In this document: positions 1 to 10,228 of the stretch, in pieces | Layout of the letters: every line of letters starts with the position of its first letter | Position numbering within the stretch: the first letter of the stretch is position 1 | DNA from: Verrucomicrobiia bacterium | GTDB taxonomy: Bacteria > Verrucomicrobiota > Verrucomicrobiia > Palsa-1439 | Direction: 5' to 3' | Assembly (NCBI GenBank): GCA_041495285.1 | Contig: JBGQCJ010000002.1 | Location: 13,541 to 77,540, forward strand | DNA length: 64,000 nucleotides | Notes under the pieces: generated by a model | The model's database searches: none | What the model saw: the letters and a program-made list of their open reading frames with translations, nothing else | What the model was told of the DNA's origin: nothing | Program-made: the position numbers and the translations under genes

Positions 1-156
1 GCGACCGCCGGCATCGGTGATTTGCTTGCGATCAGCGGGATCGGAAACCTGAACTTTGTGGCGATGCGGAGTTGGCGATTGGGCGACAGCCTGAAGGATG
101 AGTGTCAGTAGGACGGCGAGAACCAGTGGCGCTACGTGGCGCCGCGCGCGAATCAC
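1..156 (-). CDS. partial CDS (N-terminus only, continues past the left edge): exported hypothetical protein
   Basis: Minus-strand reading from GTG at 156 (alternative GTG at 162) gives VIRARRHVAPLVLAVLLTLILQAVAQSPTPHRHKVQVSDPADRKQITDAGGR. This is a basic n-region plus hydrophobic h-region like a signal peptide. The frame stays open to nt 1. It is absent from the ORF track because it is <60 aa in the window. Confidence 0.35.
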   Translation of the reverse strand, partial: MIRARRHVAPLVLAVLLTLILQAVAQSPTPHRHKVQVSDPADRKQITDAGGR

Positions 157-203
157 ATTCACGTTGAATCGTGTACCGCTAGCACGAACGCAGCCATTTG
201 CCA

Positions 204-237
204 ATAAAAAACTGAGCGCCCCTGACCGGGACGCTCG
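204..237 (-). terminator. Rho-independent terminator downstream of gap
   Basis: Stem GAGCG(214-218)/CGCTC(232-236). On the minus strand it is followed by a U-run (plus-strand AAAAAA at 205-211), about 20 nt after the gap stop codon. Confidence 0.55.
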
Positions 238-256
238 GCTTTTCAAGGATTTCAGG

Positions 257-1312
<1,056 letters not shown>

Positions 1313-1476
1313 TCATGCTTGCGGGGTAAAACTACAAGATACCGGGGACACTCGCAAACGCCGGCGCATGTTAAGCAAACCGCGCACAAGCGTCAAACGG
1401 AAAACATCTCACCGCGTTCTTGCGTGCGGCGGAGGCCCGGTGATACTGTCGGCACCCTCAACAGAGGATACTGCCC

Positions 1477-2340
1477 ATGAAAGAAACCGCACTCCTGCTC
1501 GCCGCCCTGCTTGGAATCTGCGCCAATATCCGGGGCGTTGAGCCGCTGAAGAGTGCGGACGAGATATTCGATTTCTCCAACGCCAAGATGACGAATTGCA
1601 CAACGTGGTCGGCCGATTTTTCGCAGACGATGAACATGTTTGGCGGTCACATCGCCTCCAAGGGACAAATCACCCACAAGTCGCCGATGCAGATGCGGAT
1701 GTCTATGGAGATGCCGATGATCGGCCAGGACATGAAGATGTTAATGACGACGGTGCTAGGCCGTGACGGCATTATGTGGCAGGAGGCGGACATGGGCGGG
1801 ACGAAACGGGTCACCAAGATCGACATGAACCAAGCCATGAGCAATCTGGTGACACAATTAGGCCTGAAGACCGATCCCCTGAAGGCGCTGGATCCCAGCC
1901 AGCAATGGGAACGAAACAGGGAGATGTTCGATTACACCGTCACCGGCACCGGGCAACTGCATGGACAGCCGGTCTACGTGCTGGAGGGCACGTGGAAAGC
2001 CGCAGCCCGTACCAATCGCCAAGTGGCGATGATTGCCGCCTTCACCGGCAAGACGCGACTTTACATCGGACAACAAGACGGATTTGTCCATAAGATGGAG
2101 CAGTTTGATCGGAGCAACGCCAATCTCTTCATGACCATGGAGATGTCGAACCTCAAATTCAACGAGGATCTACTCGACAAGATGTTCACCTACCACCCTC
2201 CCCCGGAAGTGCAGATCATGGACATGACGCAGATGGCCGGCGCAATTCTCGGCGGACAATCAATATCAGCCGGCAGTCCGCCGCCGCCTTCTCCGGCACC
2301 TGCGGAGGAGAAGTCTAACCGTCCAACTCCCGCTCAATAA
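1477..2340 (+). CDS. secreted Met-rich protein, possibly LolA-like fold (outer-membrane lipoprotein-sorting family)
   Basis: 287 aa with signal peptide MKETALLLAALLGICANIRG. Overall layout resembles LolA/RseB-like proteins. It has striking MxM runs (MQMRMSMEMPMIGQDMKMLM, FMTMEMS, IMDMTQM) and a Pro-rich tail. The function is uncertain. Confidence 0.55.
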   Translation: MKETALLLAALLGICANIRGVEPLKSADEIFDFSNAKMTNCTTWSADFSQTMNMFGGHIASKGQITHKSPMQMRMSMEMPMIGQDMKMLMTTVLGRDGIMWQEADMGGTKRVTKIDMNQAMSNLVTQLGLKTDPLKALDPSQQWERNREMFDYTVTGTGQLHGQPVYVLEGTWKAAARTNRQVAMIAAFTGKTRLYIGQQDGFVHKMEQFDRSNANLFMTMEMSNLKFNEDLLDKMFTYHPPPEVQIMDMTQMAGAILGGQSISAGSPPPPSPAPAEEKSNRPTPAQ

Positions 2341-2917
2341 CTTCCAGCAACGCATGCAGCAGCAGCGTGTGCGCTTCTTGGATGCGCGCCGTGTCGGAAC
2401 TGGCGACGATTAGCTCCAGATCAGCCTTGCCCTTGGCCTTGCCGCCGCCTTTACCGAGGAACGTGACGGACTTGACACCCACACTCCGAGCCGTCTCCAG
2501 CGCGCGGAGAATGTTACCGGAGTTGCCGCTGGTCGTGAAGCAGACCAACAGATCGTTCTTGCCGCCTAATCCCTCCACTTGCCGTGCAAACACTTCGTCG
2601 AACCCAAAATCGTTGCCGATGCACGTCAGCAGTGTCGGATCGGCATTGAGGCAGACCGCGGCAAGGGGTCGGCGATCGCCTTTGTAGCGCCCCAGTAATT
2701 CTTCCGCCAAATGCAACGCATCCGCCGCGCTGCCGCCGTTTCCGCAAGTGAGAATCTTGCCACCGGACCTCAGTGCGCCTACGGCTTCGCGAGCGACTCG
2801 TGTGAATGTATCTTGTTGGGCGGTGAGAGATTGCAGCGTCTCGCAGGCGTCCGCTATCAGTCTCGGAAGTACCGGTTCCACGCCCGCGATTATACCGGTA
2901 AGTCGAGGAGTTGCCAA
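2315..2917 (-). CDS. gmhA: D-sedoheptulose-7-phosphate isomerase (SIS domain)
   Basis: 200 aa with GGKILTCGNGGSAADALHLAEEL and FTTSGNSGNILRA, typical of GmhA/SIS phosphoheptose isomerases. Confidence 0.85.
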   Translation of the reverse strand: MATPRLTGIIAGVEPVLPRLIADACETLQSLTAQQDTFTRVAREAVGALRSGGKILTCGNGGSAADALHLAEELLGRYKGDRRPLAAVCLNADPTLLTCIGNDFGFDEVFARQVEGLGGKNDLLVCFTTSGNSGNILRALETARSVGVKSVTFLGKGGGKAKGKADLELIVASSDTARIQEAHTLLLHALLEVIERELDG

Positions 2918-3052
2918 CCGAAAACCGGGTCAACGACGAAGGCGACAAGAATTCTCTTGAACTGGGCCTTGCTTTTGGATGTTATACCACCCGTAGGGCA
3001 ACGGAACGGGTCGGATACCAGCAGTAGAGCTTCGGCGGAAACACGCTAGCTC

Positions 3053-4108
3053 GTGAAAGCATTCCAACAACAGGCTTTGTCGAGAACGCAGATTGACCAG
3101 TGGCCGGTCGCGGTTTCTGGACTCAGTTCTCGCGTGATTCATTGTGTCGAGTGCGCCGGCGTGAAGACCATCGGCGAACTGCGACGTTGGAAAGACAAGC
3201 AGTTGCTCGAACTCGATAATTTCGGGACGATGTCCCTGAAAAATGTCCGGTGGTTCTTCCGTTGGGCCGAGCGACTGGAGAACGACAACGGCCACCTCGA
3301 CAATTTTCGCGCATTGCTGCGCGAGTTTCTGAGTCGTCACGAGCTTTTTGTGATCGAGCAACGATACGGGCTGACCGACCCGCTGTTTCGTCCGCAGATG
3401 AAGCGCCGCACGCTCCAGGAAATCGCCGACATGCGCGGCGGCGTGACGCGCGAACGTGTCCGGCAAGTCGAGGAGAGCGCGTTGGCGGCTTTGCGCTCGA
3501 AGCTTTGCCGGGCGGTCGCCCAGAGACAGGAACTCTACTGGGCCAATCGCATTCAGGAGACCGGTTGTGTGGCCAGCTCCGCCGAGTTGGGAAATTGGTC
3601 GGACGACCCGATGCTGGGCGGCTACCAGCCGTGGGGCGTGCTCCTGTTGTTGAGTGAGGCGATGGAGCGGATCAATTTCCGCTACGATTACTTCTGCTGC
3701 CTGCCGCAGCAGGTGCTCCATCAAGTCGAAAAGCAGATTCTCCAACTGCTGCACGAGACGCGCGAGCCGGTGCCGTTCGAGAAAATTCTGGCGACCGTGT
3801 CTGGCGATCTGAACTTCCTCAACGGCCAGCGGCCGCGACTGGTGACGGTGTTGCTCGATCATCATCCCGAAATCAGCGGGACCGTGGATCGGCGCTACTT
3901 CGTGCCGGCAGTGGGCGCGCCGTTGGTGATCACCGACATCATGCGCGGCGAATCGCGACCGCTGCACTTCCATGAACTCACGCGCTTGTACAACGAGCGG
4001 ATGCTGCCGCACAGCCGCAGAGGCACCGGCTACATTCTGCGCATGTTGAACCTGATGCCGGAAGCGCAACGCGTTTCTCGCGCGGTCTACGATTTGAAAC
4101 GGGGCTGA
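3053..4108 (+). CDS. DNA-binding protein with RpoA-CTD-like HhH, sigma-70 region-4-like HTH and C-terminal HARE-HTH-like modules
   Basis: 351 aa. LSSRVIHCVECAGVKTIGELRRWKDKQLLELDNFGTMSLKNV resembles the RNA polymerase alpha CTD. TLQEIADMRGGVTRERVRQVEESALAALR is a sigma-70 r4-type HTH. The C-terminal segments (PVPFEKILATV..., PLHFHELTRLYNERM...GYILRML...VYDLK) look HARE-HTH-like. Confidence 0.7.
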   Translation: MKAFQQQALSRTQIDQWPVAVSGLSSRVIHCVECAGVKTIGELRRWKDKQLLELDNFGTMSLKNVRWFFRWAERLENDNGHLDNFRALLREFLSRHELFVIEQRYGLTDPLFRPQMKRRTLQEIADMRGGVTRERVRQVEESALAALRSKLCRAVAQRQELYWANRIQETGCVASSAELGNWSDDPMLGGYQPWGVLLLLSEAMERINFRYDYFCCLPQQVLHQVEKQILQLLHETREPVPFEKILATVSGDLNFLNGQRPRLVTVLLDHHPEISGTVDRRYFVPAVGAPLVITDIMRGESRPLHFHELTRLYNERMLPHSRRGTGYILRMLNLMPEAQRVSRAVYDLKRG

Positions 4109-4173
4109 GCGCGCGTTGCGCCAGCGCCGATTTTTCTAGCCGACCGCGCCGCCGTTCTCCTAAGCTGCCGGAC

Positions 4174-5229
4174 GTGCGCATTCTGGACAAATACCTGTTG
4201 CGCGAGTTCGCGTGGCCGCTGCTGTATTGCTTCGACGCGTTTGCGATGCTGTGGGTGGTCATGGATTTGTTCGACAATCTTTCTGATTTCCTCCAGGCGC
4301 ACGCGGGCCTCGGCCAGGTGCTGCACTACTACCTCATTGTCTTCCCCGACGCTTTCGTCTTGATCATGCCGATGTCGCTGCTGCTCGGGTTGCTGTTCTG
4401 CCTGACCGGTCTGGGCCGGCACAACGAGCTGACCGCCATGCGCACCAGCGGCGTCAGCCTCGCCCGGCTCTCCACTCCGTTTTTGGCGATCGGGTTTGCG
4501 GCTACGCTCCTCGTCTTCGGCGTCAACGAATTGTTCGTGCCTCGTTCCAAAGAACGGGCCGACGCGTTCATGAGCGTGCTGCGCGGCAAGGCTCCGAGCA
4601 GCGCGATCGAAAATTTCTTTTTTACCAACGCCGCCGAACGCCGGGACTGGTACGCCCGGCGGTTCAACACCCAAACCGGCGAGATGGAGGAACTCGTTCA
4701 GATTTACCAACGAAAACCCGACGGCACCGAGTTTCGCATTGATGCCGAAAGAGCGCGCTGGGACGGAAACGGCTGGCGCTTCTACGACGCCCGCATCAAC
4801 GGCGGCGCGGCTGTGGCCGAGACGAATTTTCCCTCGATCAACGAGCCGCCCCGGCGGCTCGCCGCGGAAAGCAAGAAACCCGACCAGATGACCTCGGCGG
4901 AACTCCGCCGGTACATCCGCGCACAAAAGCGCGCGGGTCGCACCAACCGTCTCGCCCTCTATCAGGTCACGCTGCACTACCGGTACGCGTTTCCGCTCAC
5001 GTGCCTGATGGTGGTCTGGATCGGCATTCCGCTCGGCATCCACGTCAGCCGCAGCGGGCCGCTGCGCAGTGTTGGTCTGGCATTGCTGCTGGTGGTGGCC
5101 TTCTATTTCGCAAGAGAAATCAGCCTGCGGCTCGGCGATGGGGGCCGAATTTCGCCCGTGTTGGCGGCGTGGCTGGCAAATATAATCTTCGGAGTCGTCG
5201 GCGCCGCACTATTTGTGCGTGCCCGCTGA
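4174..5229 (+). CDS. LptF/LptG-family (YjgP/YjgQ) LPS export permease
   Basis: 351 aa. The N-terminus RILDKYLLREFAWPLLYCFDAFAMLWVVMDLFDNLSDFL is a typical LptF/G start. Topology is three TM segments, a periplasmic beta-jellyroll region, then three TM segments. Confidence 0.85.
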   Translation: MRILDKYLLREFAWPLLYCFDAFAMLWVVMDLFDNLSDFLQAHAGLGQVLHYYLIVFPDAFVLIMPMSLLLGLLFCLTGLGRHNELTAMRTSGVSLARLSTPFLAIGFAATLLVFGVNELFVPRSKERADAFMSVLRGKAPSSAIENFFFTNAAERRDWYARRFNTQTGEMEELVQIYQRKPDGTEFRIDAERARWDGNGWRFYDARINGGAAVAETNFPSINEPPRRLAAESKKPDQMTSAELRRYIRAQKRAGRTNRLALYQVTLHYRYAFPLTCLMVVWIGIPLGIHVSRSGPLRSVGLALLLVVAFYFAREISLRLGDGGRISPVLAAWLANIIFGVVGAALFVRAR

Positions 5230-5610
5230 ACCGGCCACGATCACCGCTTGTGCCGCCGCGTATTCCTTGCAGTGTGAGAGACTGACGAAAACCCCGGTCA
5301 CTCCGCGCGCCCGCGCCAATTCCTCGCCTTTGCCGTGCAACACTGCGTACGGCTCGCCGCTGTCGTGCTTGCAGATTTCCATGTCTTTCCAACCGAGTTG
5401 ATGGCCGATGCCGGTGCCGAACGCTTTCGAGATCGCTTCCTTCGCGGCAAACCGGGCCGCGAGATGCAGTTCAGGAAACTTCATGCTCCGACAATACGCG
5501 ACCTCGTCCGTCAGGAAACAGCGGTTGAGAAACCGGTCGCCGAATTTTTCCAATGAATCCCGGATACGCGCGGTTTCGACGATGTCAATGCCGGTACCGA
5601 TGACGTTCAT
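5209..5610 (-). CDS. acpS: holo-[acyl-carrier-protein] synthase
   Basis: 133 aa. MNVIGTGIDIVETARIRDSLEKFGDRFLNRCFLTDEVAYC and the later FAAKEAISKA are the classic AcpS pattern. Confidence 0.9.
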   Translation of the reverse strand: MNVIGTGIDIVETARIRDSLEKFGDRFLNRCFLTDEVAYCRSMKFPELHLAARFAAKEAISKAFGTGIGHQLGWKDMEICKHDSGEPYAVLHGKGEELARARGVTGVFVSLSHCKEYAAAQAVIVAGSAGTHK

Positions 5611-5612
5611 GT

Positions 5613-6320
5613 TCAGGGATTCATCAACGCCAGCATTTCGCGCACGGCTTGCCGGAGACCGACGGATACGGCGCGCGAAACAATCGCGTGGCCGGTATTG
5701 AGCGTCTCCAGATGCGGCACGACGCGGATGCCGGGCGTGTTTTCGTAGTTCAGCCCGTGCCCGGCATTGACGCGCAGCCCGAGTTCGTGCGCCAACTCGG
5801 CGGCGGCGACGAGTTTCTTGATCTCGCTCGCGTCCCGCGAATATGCGCCGGTATGAAGCTCGATGAACTGCGCGCCGGTATCCGCCGCAGCACGAATTTG
5901 TTTCGGATCAGGATCAATGAAGAGACTCACGACGATGCCGGACTTCTGCAGCCGCGTGATGGTGCGTGGCAGAGATTTGCCGGCGACGTTGAGGCCGCCT
6001 TCGGTGGTGACCTCCGCGCGCTTTTCGGGAACAAGGCAGACTTCGTCGGGTTTGATTTCCTCCGCGATGCCGACGATCTCCGGCACGTCGGCCATTTCCA
6101 GATTCAGTCGCGTACGGATTGTTTGCCGGAGCAAGCGCACGTCGCGATCTTGAATATGCCGGCGATCCTCGCGCAAGTGCACGGTGATACCCTGCGCGCC
6201 GGCCGCCTCGACTTCCTTCGCGGCGAGAATCGGATCCGGCTCCGCGCCCGGCAAGTCGCCCTTGTAGCGGGCTTGCCGGAGTGTGGCGACGTGGTCAATG
6301 TTGACGCCGAGTTTGAGCAC
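5613..6320 (-). CDS. pdxJ: pyridoxine 5'-phosphate synthase
   Basis: 235 aa. Contains [35 protein letters not shown] and LNAGHGLNY-type motifs. Confidence 0.95.
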   Translation of the reverse strand: MLKLGVNIDHVATLRQARYKGDLPGAEPDPILAAKEVEAAGAQGITVHLREDRRHIQDRDVRLLRQTIRTRLNLEMADVPEIVGIAEEIKPDEVCLVPEKRAEVTTEGGLNVAGKSLPRTITRLQKSGIVVSLFIDPDPKQIRAAADTGAQFIELHTGAYSRDASEIKKLVAAAELAHELGLRVNAGHGLNYENTPGIRVVPHLETLNTGHAIVSRAVSVGLRQAVREMLALMNP

Positions 6321-6391
6321 GCGAACAGGTTACACACATCGCGGCCTGTCCGCAATCCTCCGTCACGGATGTGAGTCAAACCCGGTCGGGG

Positions 6392-6637
6392 TCAGTTCCG
6401 GCTGTCCTCGATGCTGTAGATTTCGTCCACGTTGTCGAGCGCATCCTGAACGGCGTTCTTCCAACTGTCGAGCTTCCAACCGGGGAAATGCTGTTGCAGC
6501 CATTCCCGTTCGGCGCGTTCCCAACCGATGTCCCGGCCAGCCTTCTGACTCTCGATCCACTTGTATTTTTTGATCTCCTCTTGCTGGGATCGAATCACGT
6601 CCGCAAGAGGGTTCTGTTTTCGGTGCCTCAGTGTCAT
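6392..6637 (-). CDS. small hypothetical protein (81 aa)
   Basis: The ORF has non-random composition and a charged helical motif, EEIKKYKWIESQKAGRDIGWERAEREWLQQHFPGWK. I did not recognise a family with confidence. Confidence 0.5.
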   Translation of the reverse strand: MTLRHRKQNPLADVIRSQQEEIKKYKWIESQKAGRDIGWERAEREWLQQHFPGWKLDSWKNAVQDALDNVDEIYSIEDSRN

Positions 6638-6807
6638 TCCAACCCCCTCCTTGAAGGGCTAAAACTCGCGGTCACAATAGCGTATCTCGCGCCAAAGTCA
6701 ACCCGCCAGCCATGACAAACGGGCAGCGTATTAGCCATTGTCAATCAATTGTTTACGAAAGGCATTTCATCTTGCGGGTGGCCGGATTTGGCCGTATTGT
6801 TGCCCGC

Positions 6808-9585
6808 ATGACCCAGCAGACCCACCTCGATAAAGTGCTGAAACATGCCGAGGAACGGCTCGTGTTGAAATCCGGCGCGAAGCCGGCCGAGATCCTGAAT
6901 CTGTACAAGAAGTTCCTGAAAGTGGAGGAGCACCGGCTGCGAATGCTTCACCGTGCGGGCGCAGATGGGCGTGAGAATGCGGCCGGCCGCGCCCAGGTCA
7001 TGGACGTGGTGCTGCGCCACATTTTCCAGGCCGCCGCCGAACACTACCGGCAGAATAACTCCGAGCCGGCGGTGCCGATTGCGCTGACGGCCATCGGCGG
7101 GTATGGCCGCGCCGAGCTTTGTCCGTACTCGGACATTGACATCATGTTTCTGCACGACTCATCCGCACGCGGCTCGAAACGTCATCCCTACATCGAGACG
7201 ATGGTTGAGCAGGTGTTGTACATGTTGTGGGACGTGGGCGTGAAGGTGGGTCACTCGACGCGCACGATCGGCGAGGCCGTCACGCAGGCCAACGCCGACA
7301 TGCAATCGAAGACTTCGCTCATTGAATCCCGGCTGCTCATCGGGGACGAGAAACTCTACGCGCGCTTTCGCGAGACGGTCGTGAAGGAATGCGTCCGGGG
7401 GCACGAAGACGAATACATTGCCGCGCGCATCGAGGACCAAAAATCGCGGCACGAGAAATTTGGCGACACGGTGTACCTGCAAGAGCCCAACGTCAAAGAC
7501 GGCTGCGGCGGCCTGCGCGATTTTCAGAATCTGATCTGGATGGCGTTCTTCAAGTACGGCGTCTTGAAGTTGCCGGACCTCCGCAAGCGCGGTTTCCTGG
7601 AAGTTCCCGAGCAGCGGCAACTGGAAAGCGCCTACGATTTTATCCTCCGCGTGCGCAACGCAATGCATTACATGACCAATCGCGCCTGTGACACGATCGG
7701 CATCGGGCTGCAACCGCAGATCGCCGCCGAGTTCGGCTACCGCCAGCACGATTTGCTGCGGCGCACCGAAGCATTCATGCGCGATTTCTACATGCACTCG
7801 CGTAACATCTTTCTACTGACCAACGCGCTGGCCGAACGCCTGGCGCTCAAGCCACCGAAAACGTCCCGGCTGGACGCGTTGCTCGGTCGTCGCTCGCGGA
7901 AGGAAGAGGAGTTCGACGGCTTCGTGGTTCGCGACGGACTCATCAGCGCCACGGCACCCGCCATCTTCCGGCAAGACCCGCTGCGGCTGATGCGCGTGTT
8001 CCGGTACGCGCAACGGCGCCAGATTGAGTTGAGTCCGGAACTGCGCACGCAAATTCGACAGAATCTCAAACTGGTCGATCGCGCGTTCCAACACTCTGCC
8101 GAAGCGCGCGACACGTTTCTGGCCATCCTCCAACAGAAGGGACAGGTGGCCCGGATTCTGCGGATGATGCACGAGGTCGAGTTTCTTGGAAAATTCGTCC
8201 CGGAGTTTGGGCGGCTGACCTGTCTCGTGCAGCACGAGTTTTTTCACCGCTACACGGCCGACGAGCATACGCTGCAAGTCATCGAGCACCTCGACCGCAT
8301 CATTGACGCAACCGGCCCGCCGCACGCCAGTTACCGGAGAATTTTTCAGCAAGTCGAGCAGCCGCATGTTCTCTACCTCGCACTTCTGCTGCACGATGTG
8401 GGCAAGGCGGCCAACGTCGAGCATCACGCCGAAGCCAGCAACGAAATGGCCCGCAAGGTCGCCGAGCGGTTGCGGCTCGGCGTCGATGAAACCGCGTTGC
8501 TGCTGTTTCTGGTGCGCGATCACCTCAAGCTCTCGATGCTCTCGCAACGGCGGGACCTCGACGATCATGCGACCATCACGGCCGCCGCGCGCATCGTCAA
8601 GAGCGAGGTCAACCTCGACATGCTGCATCTGCTCACGTTTGCCGACGCTGCCGGCACGAGCCTGAAAACGTGGTCGGAATGGAAGGAGGCGTTGCTCTGG
8701 GAATTGTACAATCGCACCAAGGCGGAGCTGACCGGCACCGAGCGCGCCAAGAACATCCTGTCTCGTCGCATCGAGCAACTTTATAAGGAAGTCAGCAAGA
8801 AACTCGAAGGCCAGTTGCCGCTGGAGGAAATCTACTCGCACTTCGAGTTGATGCCGGCCAGTTACTACATCAACACCAGCGCCGACGAGATTTCGCGGCA
8901 CCTCAAACTCATCCACGCGTTCCTCACCCGGCAACTCGAAGTCGAAGTGCCCGAAGACGCCCTCGCGCCGGTCGTACAATGGCAATCGTTTCCCGCGCAG
9001 AGCTACTCGCTGGTCTCGATCTGCACGTGGGACCGGCTCGGTCTGTTCTCCACCATCTGCGGCTCGCTCGCCTCGGCGGAACTGAACATCCTGCGCGCCC
9101 ACATCTACACACGCGGCGACCACGTCGTGCTCGACATCTTCGAAGTGTGCGACAAGAACCTCGCCGCCGTGACCGACCAACGCGCCATCCAATCGGCCGA
9201 ACGCACGCTCGAGCGCACGTTGACCAACCGCGAGCAAATCGATTTCCGCGAACTGCTCAATCGCATGCGCGCCACGCGCGGCGAATACCAAAAAATCCGG
9301 GAGGTCACCATCCCCACCACCATCGAGTTCGACAACGACATCAGCACGAGCCGCACAATCGTCGAGATCCAGACCGAAGACCGGCTCGGCCTGCTCTACA
9401 CGCTGACCGGCACGCTGACCGACCTCGGCCTCGACATCAGCTTCGCCAAAGTCTTCACCGAAAAGGGTGCCGCCATCGACACCTTCTACGTCCAAGACCA
9501 ACTCGGCAACAAGATCACCGACCCCGACCGCCTCGCCACCATCAAAGCCAAACTCCAATCCGCCATCGAATTGCTCGCAAGCTGA
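6808..9585 (+). CDS. glnD: [protein-PII] uridylyltransferase / uridylyl-removing enzyme
   Basis: Nucleotidyltransferase motif AIGGYGRAELCPYSDIDIMFLH, HD domain (LLLHDVGK) and two C-terminal ACT-like domains. The ORF is open from 6712, but ATG 6808 (MTQQTHLDKVL) is the more plausible start. Confidence 0.9.
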   Translation: MTQQTHLDKVLKHAEERLVLKSGAKPAEILNLYKKFLKVEEHRLRMLHRAGADGRENAAGRAQVMDVVLRHIFQAAAEHYRQNNSEPAVPIALTAIGGYGRAELCPYSDIDIMFLHDSSARGSKRHPYIETMVEQVLYMLWDVGVKVGHSTRTIGEAVTQANADMQSKTSLIESRLLIGDEKLYARFRETVVKECVRGHEDEYIAARIEDQKSRHEKFGDTVYLQEPNVKDGCGGLRDFQNLIWMAFFKYGVLKLPDLRKRGFLEVPEQRQLESAYDFILRVRNAMHYMTNRACDTIGIGLQPQIAAEFGYRQHDLLRRTEAFMRDFYMHSRNIFLLTNALAERLALKPPKTSRLDALLGRRSRKEEEFDGFVVRDGLISATAPAIFRQDPLRLMRVFRYAQRRQIELSPELRTQIRQNLKLVDRAFQHSAEARDTFLAILQQKGQVARILRMMHEVEFLGKFVPEFGRLTCLVQHEFFHRYTADEHTLQVIEHLDRIIDATGPPHASYRRIFQQVEQPHVLYLALLLHDVGKAANVEHHAEASNEMARKVAERLRLGVDETALLLFLVRDHLKLSMLSQRRDLDDHATITAAARIVKSEVNLDMLHLLTFADAAGTSLKTWSEWKEALLWELYNRTKAELTGTERAKNILSRRIEQLYKEVSKKLEGQLPLEEIYSHFELMPASYYINTSADEISRHLKLIHAFLTRQLEVEVPEDALAPVVQWQSFPAQSYSLVSICTWDRLGLFSTICGSLASAELNILRAHIYTRGDHVVLDIFEVCDKNLAAVTDQRAIQSAERTLERTLTNREQIDFRELLNRMRATRGEYQKIREVTIPTTIEFDNDISTSRTIVEIQTEDRLGLLYTLTGTLTDLGLDISFAKVFTEKGAAIDTFYVQDQLGNKITDPDRLATIKAKLQSAIELLAS

Positions 9586-9587
9586 CC

Positions 9588-10127
9588 ATGGCCAAGAATA
9601 TCTATTTTCATGCTACCAGGAATGATTTGCTGCCAATTCTCCATTTGGTAGAAAGCCGGACGAACATCAAGTATACCCGCGCCGATGTAATTTCGGCGAA
9701 GCAGGCAGACACGTTCTTCCGTGGCGAAGAAATACCGAACTTGGGGATAGCCTCCAGTGAATCTGCCATCAATTGTGATACGTTTCTTGTGAGCGAGAGG
9801 AATACTGAGATTTTGCCCCGTAAGCTTTCCCCTATTGGGGGAAATGTACGTTTTGCGTTTGATCAACTCCACAACCCACAGACTGTCACCTTCAGTGCCG
9901 GCGGTTGGTGGGGCAATGATGTCCTTCTTGAGGGTCGCATAGCAACTGCATCGGATCATCCAACGTCTTTGGAGCTAATGAAGTTATTCGCCAGTGCAGT
10001 CAGAAAGAACTTCTCAAAAATCAAAGCTTACTACGTGGGTTCGGAAGCAGAAAGCCATCTAAGGCAAGGTAAGCGTCTCGCTCAGGCAGCCCAATCACCG
10101 CGTGAATTCGACCTATCTTTAGACTAA
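9588..10127 (+). CDS. hypothetical protein, low-GC orphan directly downstream of glnD
   Basis: ATG at 9588 lies 2 nt after the glnD stop. 179 aa beginning MAKNIYFHATRNDLLPILHLVESRTNIKY. Codon usage is AT-rich relative to all neighbours. No family recognised. Confidence 0.65.
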   Translation: MAKNIYFHATRNDLLPILHLVESRTNIKYTRADVISAKQADTFFRGEEIPNLGIASSESAINCDTFLVSERNTEILPRKLSPIGGNVRFAFDQLHNPQTVTFSAGGWWGNDVLLEGRIATASDHPTSLELMKLFASAVRKNFSKIKAYYVGSEAESHLRQGKRLAQAAQSPREFDLSLD

Positions 10128-10228
10128 GCATCTGCGCCGAAGACTCGTGTTCTTCCTGTGCTGTGGACTCCGGTCTCCTTTTTTCTTTCCTCGACGTTTT
10201 TCCCGTGTAATCAATTGACCAATCGATT

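Noticed and set aside
2930-4069. 379-aa minus-strand ORF
   Set aside because: It is antisense to the 3053-4108 gene, which carries a recognisable sigma-70 r4 HTH. The antisense product is an R/H/Q-rich low-complexity sequence.
7813-9558. 581-aa minus-strand ORF (also 7159-7797 and 6745-7155)
   Set aside because: It is antisense to glnD, whose NTase/HD/ACT motifs are clear. This is a high-GC artefact.
8979-9587. N-terminal 203 codons of ORF 8979..10127
   Set aside because: This part is an out-of-frame overlap with glnD and is Arg/Pro/His-rich. Only the part from ATG 9588 looks like a real protein.
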